A stretch of 64,000 bases of DNA from contig CAWDSK010000003.1 in the NCBI GenBank assembly GCA_963804995.1, forward strand, positions 1,088,001-1,152,000, written 5' to 3'. The position numbers were made by a program, and so were the translations under genes. This document shows, in pieces, positions 11,167-21,300 of the stretch. Below the pieces are notes generated by a model. That model worked only from the letters and a program-made list of their open reading frames with translations. It had not been told where the DNA came from and made no database searches. Each line of letters starts with the position of its first letter. The stretch's first letter is position 1. The DNA is from an uncultured Acidobacteriota bacterium (GTDB lineage Bacteria > Acidobacteriota > Terriglobia > UBA7540).

Positions 11167-13093
11167 TGTCGTCTCTCCTTGTTAGATCTTGGTACTTGTT
11201 TAAGGCCTTCTGCTGCTCGGATAATGCCTGTCGTAGCTGCGGGACCGCTTGGTCGGCGGGGAGGGGATTATTCGTGTTCGGTAGTAAGCTGATCAGTAAG
11301 AAGTTGGCTTTTTGCACCGCAGCGAAGATGGTGAAACTCGCGTTCTGCCACTGAGAACCAGAATCCGGACTGAGGTCTGCCTTAGGGCCCTTGCCGACAG
11401 ACCCGCCGACTTCGTCAGCCGGGGTGACTTCCGCCGCAGCCTGCGGGGTATCAAAACCGGGCACACTGCGATTCGACAAGGCCTCCAAAAGGGGCCGCAA
11501 GAGTCCCTGCAAGTGGTTGGTGCCTTCGACCAGAGCGGCGATATGGTCATTGACCATTTCTTTCAGTTGCGCTCTCGCCATCAGTGTAAGTTTTCCCTCG
11601 TCTTCAGGGGGATAACGAAGAGCGAGGTTTCGCAGCGCGAAGCAGTGCGACAACGTTTCCTCACTGACTGCGAGTACCTCCCGCGTGAACGATTCCTGGG
11701 CATGCGGGTCACCGAAAATTTCCTCCAGGCGCTTCTCGTTAGGGTTGACCACGGGAGCAAAGGCAAGCGGAGGCGAAGGAGTCATCTCCGCCATCTCTTG
11801 CGACGGCAGAGGGCAGGTATCACAGGTAGGGCTGGGGGGCCTTTCGAGCACCAAGCCCGCATTGGGAATGGACGCTAACTGCTGCCGGAGCTTGGCTTGC
11901 AGTTCGGGACCAACGCTCGACGCCTCGACAATCACTTTCCCCTGGCTATCCCGATTAATTTCAATTGGTTCGCCCAGATCCGCATCCAGTTGGTGCAGCC
12001 CGTAACGCACGGCCATTTCAGTTTCCTCAGGATCGGGCGGGGGAGGCACTAACCTCTCAGTCCTTTCCGTCAGCACGGGGCGGGGGGCTTCGACACGTTC
12101 AACCGGGGCAGGTGGTTCAGCAAACACCAAGGCCTCAACCTCAGAAAGGGGTAGCACCCTGTAATCGAGCTCCGCAATCTCATATTCCCGGTCATTGACC
12201 CACAGCCGCTCCTCCACCGGATGCCAGTCCGCCGTGCGAACGACCAGTTCCGCTTTGGCAATACTATCGGCGCCGGAGTCCTCACTGCGAAGGCTGTTCG
12301 CGGCTTGGCCCCTGGCGATCGTTGTCAGCGTCAGCGACTCGGGGCCGTCATTCACACCCCTGTCCGTTGAAACCTTCGCGGGTGCGACAATATCCTGCCT
12401 CGCCGCCAGTGAATCTCGCCAGCGCGCGTACCCAGCCGCGGAGAGCGGCGCTTGCCAATCAAGCTGGTTGGCGTTGCAGATGGCCCGCAATTCGGCAAGG
12501 ACCTCCGCCGAAGACCCCGTTTGGCGGAACCGCCCGCGGGATGGATCTTCCCAGTAGTCGTAGTCCGTGCTCGCCTGTTCGGTGGATCCAGCAACTCTGC
12601 GTCGCACCCGCAACCTTTGATGCAGGACGGGGGCGGTAACTTTACGTAACTCTGCTGATTGCGCCGCCTGGGCCCGCGTCAGCAGTTCATTGGCGGAGAT
12701 GGCAGGCTGAGAGGGCAGCCAAACCAAAGCTCCCAATGCCGCCAGGACGAGAACAGCAAAAACCGCGTAACGGGGCGCCAAAACGATGGACCGAAGCAGG
12801 CGGCTCAAGCTGTTCGCTACCGATGGCTTTTGAAGCGCCTTATCCAATTCCTGCATGCGGGGATCAAGACCATCCCAGTGTCTCGGCGGGGCAGGTACCA
12901 TAGGCAGCAGAACCTTGTCGCGGAAGTCCACGATGCTCTTGATCGCCACTTGCAAGTCCTCTAACTTCGCCCGGCAGGTCCAACACGCCTCCAAGTGTCT
13001 GCGGACCCGCGCGCTTTCTCCGGAGGCCAACTCACCATCTACATAGAAGAGCAGCAGTTTGTCGGTCAGGTGGCCGTTCCCCATGCTGGTCAT
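11159..13093 (-). CDS. Membrane anti-sigma factor with zinc finger (HxxxCxxC) and large periplasmic region
   Basis: YVDGEL...RRHLEACWTC, one TM segment; ATGA overlap with the sigma gene; stop overlaps the receptor start. Confidence 0.8.
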   Translation of the reverse strand: MTSMGNGHLTDKLLLFYVDGELASGESARVRRHLEACWTCRAKLEDLQVAIKSIVDFRDKVLLPMVPAPPRHWDGLDPRMQELDKALQKPSVANSLSRLLRSIVLAPRYAVFAVLVLAALGALVWLPSQPAISANELLTRAQAAQSAELRKVTAPVLHQRLRVRRRVAGSTEQASTDYDYWEDPSRGRFRQTGSSAEVLAELRAICNANQLDWQAPLSAAGYARWRDSLAARQDIVAPAKVSTDRGVNDGPESLTLTTIARGQAANSLRSEDSGADSIAKAELVVRTADWHPVEERLWVNDREYEIAELDYRVLPLSEVEALVFAEPPAPVERVEAPRPVLTERTERLVPPPPDPEETEMAVRYGLHQLDADLGEPIEINRDSQGKVIVEASSVGPELQAKLRQQLASIPNAGLVLERPPSPTCDTCPLPSQEMAEMTPSPPLAFAPVVNPNEKRLEEIFGDPHAQESFTREVLAVSEETLSHCFALRNLALRYPPEDEGKLTLMARAQLKEMVNDHIAALVEGTNHLQGLLRPLLEALSNRSVPGFDTPQAAAEVTPADEVGGSVGKGPKADLSPDSGSQWQNASFTIFAAVQKANFLLISLLPNTNNPLPADQAVPQLRQALSEQQKALNKYQDLTRRDDNE

Positions 13094-13656
13094 ATTTCTG
13101 CCCTCTTCAATTTGGAAATCGCACGACGGATGAATTCCGCGACGGTCGGCACGGTGACGCCTAGAATCTTTGCGATTTCCCGATAGCGGAAGCCCTCCGC
13201 GCGCAAATGTAAGCAAACCTGCTGCTGGGGACTCAGGGCGCTGATCGCCTCGTGAAGGGCTACGGCCCTTTCCCGCTCCAGTAAGGCCTTTTCGGGATCA
13301 GCGCCGGGGTGGGCCTGGGACTCCAGCCACCGCCCGACATCCTCCCCGCTGAGGGAAGGCCGATAGGTTTCTGCGCGCAGATGATTCATCGCCATGTTCG
13401 AGGCTACGGTGAACATCCAGGCCCGCACATTCTGGATCTGCTTGCCCTTACCGATCGTCGAATACAGTTTCAGGAAGAGCTCTTGCGTCAAATCTTGCGC
13501 CACCGAGGGTTGGGTACCCAAGGCGACTAAGTAGCGATAAATGGCGTCTCGGTTTTCCTCGTAAGCTCGCGACACAAACTCCCGGCGCGTCCCAGCAGTT
13601 TGGTAACTTTCGACACCGAACAACGCGGCCTTATTATCAACCGGGGTGGCGCTCAT
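13090..13656 (-). CDS. ECF (sigma-70 group 4) sigma factor
   Basis: AQDLTQELFLKL, RAWMFTVASN (region 2); LRAEGFRYREIAKILGVTVPTV (region 4). Confidence 0.92.
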   Translation of the reverse strand: MSATPVDNKAALFGVESYQTAGTRREFVSRAYEENRDAIYRYLVALGTQPSVAQDLTQELFLKLYSTIGKGKQIQNVRAWMFTVASNMAMNHLRAETYRPSLSGEDVGRWLESQAHPGADPEKALLERERAVALHEAISALSPQQQVCLHLRAEGFRYREIAKILGVTVPTVAEFIRRAISKLKRAEI

Positions 13657-13912
13657 GTATTTGGTTGCTATAGTGTAAGACACTTGGCCTAGGGTTTTTA
13701 TGACACCCAACAAAACTTTTTTGGCGCAACCCCGGGACAAATGGTCCTTGACGCTATGCCCTGGCTCCGACTGCAAAGCCAAAATAGAAGGTGCTCAAGG
13801 TAGGAATCAGTGTAGGCACAGTGCGGCCGGAAGGTCATGGCCGGGCGTGACGAAATAGAATTGTGATGGCGGAAAGAGTAGTCTTACGCCCCGCCCAGGC
13901 CTGAAGGACAGA

Positions 13913-14368
13913 CGCGCTACGAGGTTTGCTCCCTCGGTATCGTTATCACTATGCGTAGCGCGGTCCCCCGGTTTTGGGGTCCGCGGTTCTTCATTTGGCA
14001 AACCTGCGAATCTCAGACGGTCGCGCCGCGATTATCCCTTCGCCACGATACATCTGCTCAAGTGGCACAGGAAGAGCCGCGGACACAACGGCGGAGGTCC
14101 GCGCTACAAGAGCGCTAAATCGCCCCGACTCGTCGGGGCGCCAGCCCGCCCGGCAGGCTGATGAAGAACGGCGTAGCGGCGGGTTTACCCCGACATTTCA
14201 TGCCAAGCGATCGCGGGATGGGATGGCGGGGTAAACCCGCCGCTACGCCGCACCGGATGGGTTCTTCAGCAGCCCCACGCCCGTGGCACGACGTAGGGGC
14301 AACCCCTTGTGGGTGCCCGGAAGTCGGCCATGCCGACTCGGAGGGCAGGCACGTGGCCAGCCCCTACA
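13913..14368. repeat. REP cluster: second copy of the ~210-bp unit plus two other GTAG...CTAC doublets
   Basis: Near-identical to 4539-4750; GTAGCGGCGGGTTTACCCCG...CGGGGTAAACCCGCCGCTAC (also near 60256-60326); GTAGGGGCAACCCC...GCCCCTAC. Confidence 0.8.
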
Positions 14369-15230
14369 AGCTTTGGTCCGCTGGCCCCATCCCCTCACCG
14401 ACCTCCAACCCCCACCGGGACACACTCCCCCGCTTCGGTTATCGGTGGGTTAGTACCGGAACATGAGTTTAAAATTGGCTGGAAGTTTGACAATCACCAA
14501 ACTACCCTATCGCAAAATTACTCAATGACCCGATGATCCGATGGCTCGATGGCCAGATGGCCGATCCCTTGTTCACGCGATCACCAGATCACCCGATCTC
14601 CCGATTGCCTGACCCCGCAGTGACCAACCGGCGAGTCTTAGGCAAGGCTGGATTTCTAAAGAGAAGAAGCTATGAAATCCTGCTCACGAAGATTGAGAGC
14701 ATTGGAGTAGGAGGGCAGGGTGCCGTTCGAAGTCGCATCCAGAATCAGCATCAACCAATCCTGAAGCCCCAGCCCGGAACCTACGCCGCAGACTTGCATC
14801 AAGCCGCTTCGCCGGTCCGCGTCAGCAAGCTTGGCACCCTCTCGAACGCGGGGCATGGAAGCCGGGCTCGGCAGGGCGGGCGCTCCCACTCAGTTCATGC
14901 AGATCGGCGACTTTTTGTCATGTGGGGACATGTCCCAGTTGTTGCTCTCCGCGGGGCATAGCGAGCGAGGTCCCACTTAATTCCCAACCTTCATGCGTTT
15001 TTTTCCTATGACTTTTCACATGCGGATTCGTCGCGCTACGCTCGCTGAATATGAAGTGGGGTGCGCAAAAGCTTCGGCTGGGTTCAAAACTGTCGGGCGG
15101 ATTGCAACTGACCAGGACAAGAATCCAATCCAGCCTGCACCGCCAGCGGAACCATTTTAGAGACGCGAAGACTGCCACAACTGGCACAACAAGACGAAGG
15201 AGAAGTGGACCTCAAAGTTGATGGGGACCA

Positions 15231-16122
15231 TCACTTATTTGGGGGCGGGTCAGCAGGCTTCGCAACCACGGCGGCCTTCGCCTGGGTGCCAAGAATTTCC
15301 CGGAAACGCGCGCGCAGACTTTCTTCGGTGGAACGAATCAATTGCGCGCCGCGCGACAACATCTGCTCCATGAGGTCCGTGCGCAACCCAATCAGCGCAG
15401 ACGCTGACTCTTCATACTTCCGCTGGAGACCCTGCCGCAGGTGCTGCTCGGCGTCAACCAGGACGGCCTCCACCTGCTGGCGGAACACTTCCATGCTGGC
15501 GCGGGTAAGTTCCTCGGCCTGAGTGCGCAGGATTTCGAGAACCGACTCTACGAGTTTTTGAGAACGGTGCTCGAGGTTCGGCCAGTTTCTTTTCGATGGA
15601 AGGCGCAGCGATGGGAGGCGGCTGCGCGGGCGCAGTGGAAGGAGGCGGGAGAGGCCGGGAAGGCACTGCGGCCGGAGGGGCAGCGGCAGGAGGCGGCACG
15701 CGCGCGGGAGGTTCACCCTGCCCCGGCCGCCCTTGGATCATGTTCTTGGTGACGATCTCCCAATCAGGAGGCGGGTTAAGCACACCCCATAGGTTCTGAG
15801 GTTTTACGAGTTGCATGGCAATCTCGTGTCCGGCAACTCCCGCGGGAGGATCCCAAGCCCGGACACAGACCGCCTTGCACGCGGTGCCTGCCTTGGGGCA
15901 TTCCAGCGTAAGCTGCATGCCGACCAGGACGCGATAGGAGGTCCGGAGCTTGCACCCGTGCAGGTTCACGATGACGGTCTGAGTCAGCTCCCGATACGGC
16001 TGGCCCCCGGCATCCCGCCCTGAAATAAAGACCGGGGTAGTGAAATTAATCCGCGTGCTGCGCCTCCGGTTTGAGAAAGAGGCTTGCGAATCCGCCTTGG
16101 AGGGAAATGGCTTGTCGTTCAT
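15231..16122 (-). CDS. PilZ-like domain protein with Pro-rich linker and coiled-coil C-terminus; one-base frameshift near 15575
   Basis: NRRRSTRI and VNLHGC PilZ motifs; removing one base joins KKLAE to LEHRSQKLVESVLE. Confidence 0.7.
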
Positions 16123-16786
16123 ATACGACCGGCCTCTCCTGAGGCGGCCGCCAGAGAAGGTCTTGACCGAGTCGGGAAGCCTTCGAGGCCTGTAGTCACC
16201 ATGCGAGCAGCGCTGTGCCGCGGTCTCCGTTCTTCAGGCAAACTTGGCTCTCGGTATTCTACCGGTTGTCGGCTCGCGAAGCAATTATTCACCAAGAGTG
16301 TTCCCTTCAAGCTACACCCGTTTTGAGAGAGATATAAACCTAATGATACGTAATCTCCGTAACCCGTGGCCACGTGTCAGGCTCGCACCACCGGGGGAAG
16401 CGGAGCATACTTCAGGACCCCCATCTTGGCAATAGCCAGCCTGGGGGGTGGTCCAAAATGATTAAGCTTTCCGCCACCAATTGGCGAGGTAAGCTCACCG
16501 CTGGCCCGGACTTCTCACCTGTGGAGGGGAAGAGCGGGGCTGCAAAGGCTGTTGTATGCAGCCGCGGGGCCTGAGGCCCTTAGTCCGAGGAATCCAGGCT
16601 TCCCGCACGGCTGGGATAGAAACCGGCCTTCGACTTGAACTTGCTCCTCCATTTGCACTGGGGCAAATACCTCTCCCTTGACAACGGGCCAATCCCTCCG
16701 CCGGACGCCATTCACCCAATCGATTGTTCCCATGAGACTTATCAAGCGTTGGAGGAGAGGCCCCCAATTCCCCAAAAGTGGCATCT

Positions 16787-16804
16787 CATATGCACAGGCG
16801 TATG
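16787..16804 (+). promoter_or_regulatory. Imperfect inverted repeat, candidate ArsR operator
   Basis: CATATGC-ACAG-GCGTATG 13 nt upstream of the ArsR start. Confidence 0.4.
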
Positions 16805-16817
16805 TGTCGGGGAATTT

Positions 16818-17255
16818 ATGGAGCATATTGCCAAACTTTTCAGAGCCCTCGGTGAACCAGCGCGGTTGCGCATCGTCAGTCTGCTAGCGCGTCGAAGCCT
16901 GTGCGTCAGTGACCTGCAACTGCTCCTCAACGCCTCGCAGCCATACGTCTCCAGGCATCTGGCTTTCCTCCGCGCCGCGGGCTTGGTTCACCGCGCCCGT
17001 GTGGGGGGACTGGAACTCTATGGTTTGACCACGGCGGGGGAAACTCAGCAGTTTGTCTCGCTCGTGAATGATCTCCGGGCATGGAATCCCACGCTTCGGA
17101 TGGACCTTGAGAGGTTAGAGCAATTGGGGGTCCAAGGTACGCTTCGGGCGGACCGGTGCAGATGCCATAGCCAAGAATCGTCAGGTGCGGGTGAAGAAGC
17201 GGGGCGTACAGAACTGAACGCCTCGGCCCCATTTACAGCGGAGCAAGCAGCCTAG
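16818..17255 (+). CDS. ArsR/SmtB family transcriptional regulator
   Basis: FRALGEPARLRIVSLL...LCVSDL...SQPYVSRHLAFLRAAGLV. Confidence 0.9.
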   Translation: MEHIAKLFRALGEPARLRIVSLLARRSLCVSDLQLLLNASQPYVSRHLAFLRAAGLVHRARVGGLELYGLTTAGETQQFVSLVNDLRAWNPTLRMDLERLEQLGVQGTLRADRCRCHSQESSGAGEEAGRTELNASAPFTAEQAA

Positions 17256-17266
17256 GGAGGTACATC

Positions 17267-17650
17267 ATGAAGGTCAAGACACTGGTCTGCAATTGCAAGG
17301 GGCTCGATCCCTTCCGTCATGCCGACATGAATACGCTGGCGTTCGATATTGAATCCGAACTCGGCGTTGCCTACACCGCTGTGCACCCCCAACTTTGTGC
17401 GCAGGGTGGGAATGAGCTTCTTCAAGATGTGCTCAGCTCGGCGGAAGATGACCCCGATACTTACGTGATGGTCTGCGCCTGTGAAGAGGAAACCCAGAAA
17501 AAGCTATTCAAGAAGGCTCTGCGCAGCACGGAATTCGACGAAAAGCATTTCGTCCCCCTGGATATCCGTAATACGACCAACGACGGTATTTTGGACCGGA
17601 TTCGCGAGAGGCTGGCGGAGCTCGCCGATCCCACCAAACAACGCCATTGA
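17267..17650 (+). CDS. Small Cys-containing protein resembling the HdrA N-terminal domain
   Basis: GGAGG RBS; LVCNCKG, HPQLC, VCAC, LDIR resemble the HdrA VxxCxC / xxAC / NIRE pattern. Confidence 0.55.
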   Translation: MKVKTLVCNCKGLDPFRHADMNTLAFDIESELGVAYTAVHPQLCAQGGNELLQDVLSSAEDDPDTYVMVCACEEETQKKLFKKALRSTEFDEKHFVPLDIRNTTNDGILDRIRERLAELADPTKQRH

Positions 17651-17706
17651 AAGGTCCAATTGAATAACCGGTCTGGTTATTCGTGCGATTGGTGAAGGAA
17701 GGACTA

Positions 17707-18007
17707 ATGCCTCCATTCAAAAGTCTACGGGCGAGTATCCCCTGGTTCCCCAGCATCGACTACGATGCCTGCCTAAAGGACCTGAAGTGCGTCAATTTCT
17801 GCCCGCACGAAGTCTTTGAATGGGACGTCGATACCGGCCGGCCAGTTGTGGCGCATGCCCTGCGCTGCCTTCCCGGCTGCACAATATGCCTCGAACGGGT
17901 GCGACACCGGCGCCCTTTCCTTGCCGACCAAACAAGAATTCCAGGCTACGTTCGATAAGTTGCGCGGCAAGGAAACGAAACCCTCGCCCCCAAGCCCTCT
18001 GCCTTAA
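17707..18007 (+). CDS. 4Fe-4S dicluster ferredoxin-like protein; one-base frameshift at 17894-17895
   Basis: IDYDACLKDLKCVNFCP; removing one A gives CLPGCTICLDGCDTGALSLP. Confidence 0.8.
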
Positions 18008-18355
18008 GCCGCAAAGCGCGTTCCCTCTTAATTGCGAATGTCACTCATGGGTTAGCATTGACGACAGGTAGGTTCCTCAGACAGGCTGCCCAATCTTTTG
18101 CGACTTCTTGTAACCGCAGCACTGCACAACCAGCCATTTTGTCCTGTCGAACTAACCACATGGTAAATATCGCTTGCATGGATCTGCGACCCTCGCTTAG
18201 AATCGCGAGCGAAGTTCGGACGGGTTAAGGCACGTTCGCTTGATGTCAGAAACGATGTTGCAGTTCCGTGATTACGGCCATTTATTCTAAGATTGCTCCT
18301 CTCCAGGATGCGTGCCCGTCGCCTAAGGGATAGTCGCTCTCCACCCAGAGGCGTC

Positions 18356-21300
18356 ATGAAAATCTCACCTTCGCTCTTCACCGCTCTCTTTTCCATCGGC
18401 ATGTTCTTGCTCCCGGCGAATGTGCAGGCCGAAACAGGACCAGTTCGCGCGCGGGTCACTCAACCGGTGGACATGCAGAACCTGGTCACGTTGCGCGGGA
18501 ATACTCATCCACTGGCGCGGACCGAATACGATCAGGGTGTCGCACCCGACAACCTGGCTATGTCTCGGATGCTGCTGGTATTGCAGCGGGGGAAGGATCA
18601 GGAATCCGCTCTGCGACAACTTCTGGATGACCAGCAGATGAAATCCTCTTCACGGTTTCATCAGTGGCTCACGCCCGAACAATTCGGAGAACAATTCGGC
18701 CCCGCCGATGCGGATATTCAGGCCATCATCGATTGGCTGACGACGCAAGGCTTTCTGGTAACGAAGGTTGCAGCAGGCCGCACGGTCATCGAGTTTTCCG
18801 GCACGGCGGGTTTAGTACGGCAAGTTCTGGGTACGGAGATTCACAGATATCGTGTGAACGGCGAGGATCACTGGGCGAACACAAGCGACCCGCAAATCCC
18901 TGCTGCATTGGAGCCGGTGGTAGCGGGCTTCGCCTCGCTCAACAATTTCCCCAGGAAGCCCATGCACCAAAGCCTGGGCACCTTTTCGCGGTCAAAGGCA
19001 ACCGGCAAGGTACAGCCGCTGTTCACCTATGAAGTTTCGGGTGGCTACTACCTTGCCGTTGGCCCCACCGATTTCGCCACGATCTATAACGTGTTACCCC
19101 TCTGGAATGCAGGTACGGACGGCAGCGGACAGACGATCGCGGTGGTGGGCGAGACAAATATCAATATCCAGGACGTGCGAGACTTCCGCAACATGTTCGG
19201 CCTGCCCGCAAAGGATCCGATCATCATCCTGAATGGTCCCGACCCTGGGATCAACGGCGAAGAGGTGGAGGCTGACCTCAACGTCCAGTGGTCCGGAGCG
19301 GTGGCGAAGGGGGCCACCATTGATCTCGTGGTCTCGGAATCGACGGAGGCCTCTGCGGGCATCGACCTCTCAGCCCTCTACATCGTTGACAACAACTTGG
19401 CGCCGGTCATGAGCGAGAGCTACGGTTCTTGCGAGGCCTCCCTGGGGGTAGGTGGCAATCAATTCTACAATACGCTCTGGGAGCAGGCCGCCGCACAGGG
19501 CATTACCGTGCTGTTGGCGGCAGGCGACTCCGGCTCTGCGGGATGTGACAGCGCGATCGCCGGCGAAACCATCGCCAGATACGGCTTGGCCGTAAGCGGA
19601 TTGGCTTCCACGCCCTTCAACGTGGCAGTGGGGGGAACGGACTTCAATGACGCGAACAACCCCACCACTTATTGGTCTCTGACAAATACACTCCCCTCTC
19701 AGTCCTCCGTCAAGTCCTACATTCCCGAGAGCACTTGGAACGATTCCTGCGCGGCCTCCGGGTCGCTCACCGGCTGCAGCCCTCCGCCCAACTCTGACTA
19801 TCTCAGTCAAGGTTTCTATCTGGTCGCCGGCGGCGGTGGGCCCAGCAGTTGTATCAATCCCACTGGCACGTTTCCGAGTGTCACCTGCAGTGGAAGCTAC
19901 CCCAAACCTTCCTGGCAGAGTGGACTGGGAGTGCCCAATGACGGCGCGCGCGACATCCCGGACGTGTCGCTGTTTGCGGGCAACGGCCTGAATTACAGTT
20001 TCTACGTTATTTGCCAAATGGATGCCAACGCCAGTGCCGGAGGCGATTCGTCATCCTGCGATCTGAACTCTCCCTACACGGATTTTCAAGGCGGTTCGGG
20101 AACCTCGGCGTCGACGCAAACCTTCGCCGGTATCATGGCGCTGGTGAACCAGCGCTACGGCCGTCAGGGCAATGCCAATTATGTCCTGTACCCCATGGCG
20201 GCCAAGAGCGGCGCGAGCTGCAATTCCAACCCGGCTAATGTAACGAATTCCAGTTGCGTCTTCTACGACGTGACAGTGGGGAATAACTCGGTAATCTGCC
20301 TTTTGGGTTCGCCAAACTGCAGTAGCGCCCCGACACAATACGGCATTATGATTTCAGGCAATCCTGCTGCGGCTGCCTACCCTGCTACTCCCGGCTATGA
20401 CCTGGCCACCGGATTGGGTTCCGTCAATGTCGCGAATTTGATCAACAACTGGACATCCGTTAGCTTCACGGCAAGCACCACAACCCTTTCGCTTTCCACC
20501 AACCCTGCCACCAATCCGATCTCTTTGACGCACGGGCAGCCGATCAATTTCACCATCCAGGTTATTTCCGGCAGCGGGACGCCCGCAGGAGATGTCTCGC
20601 TCATTGCGCAAACCAGTACCAGTCAGAGCACCGGCATCGGACCGTTTACGCTCGGTGGCGGCAGCGTTTCCGGTGCGACTGTGATGCTTCCCGGCGGAAA
20701 TTACACCGTCACAGCGCATTACGCGGGGAATGGAACCTTCGCGGCAAGCGATTCCTCCCCGGGAATCCAAGTTACGGTAGGCAAGGAAAGCAGCCTGACC
20801 AGCGCGGAGTTGGTGACCTTCAATGCCAACACAGGGGCTCCCTCTTACGGGGTTACAACGACTCCCTATGGGTCACCTTACGCGCTCCGCATGAATGTTA
20901 CGAACAGCAGCGGTCAGCCCTGCGCAAGTCCGGTCACGGGATTGATTGCTTACCCATGCCCAACTGGAGCCTTAACCGTGTCTCCGGCGCCCACCGACGA
21001 GAATCCTCCCCCGGGCACGGTTCCCGGACACTATGCTTTGAACAGCCAAGGCTACGCCGAAGATATACCCATCCAGCTTCTCCCGGGAACGTACCCATTC
21101 GTCGCCAGCTACACGGGCGATAATAGCTACAATTCCAGCATATCCCCCTCGATTCCAATTACGATTACCCAAGCCCCGACTACAATCGGGATCACCGCCC
21201 CGGCATCCGTCGCCGGGCCGAACGAAGTTTCTCTTACTGCAACTATTACCACCCTGAGTAACGGTGTAGGTCCGACTGGGACGGTGCAATTCTTTAACGC

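Noticed and set aside
14533..15187. Short ORFs between the REP cluster and the PilZ gene
   Set aside because: No motifs or convincing RBS; partly built from microrepeats.
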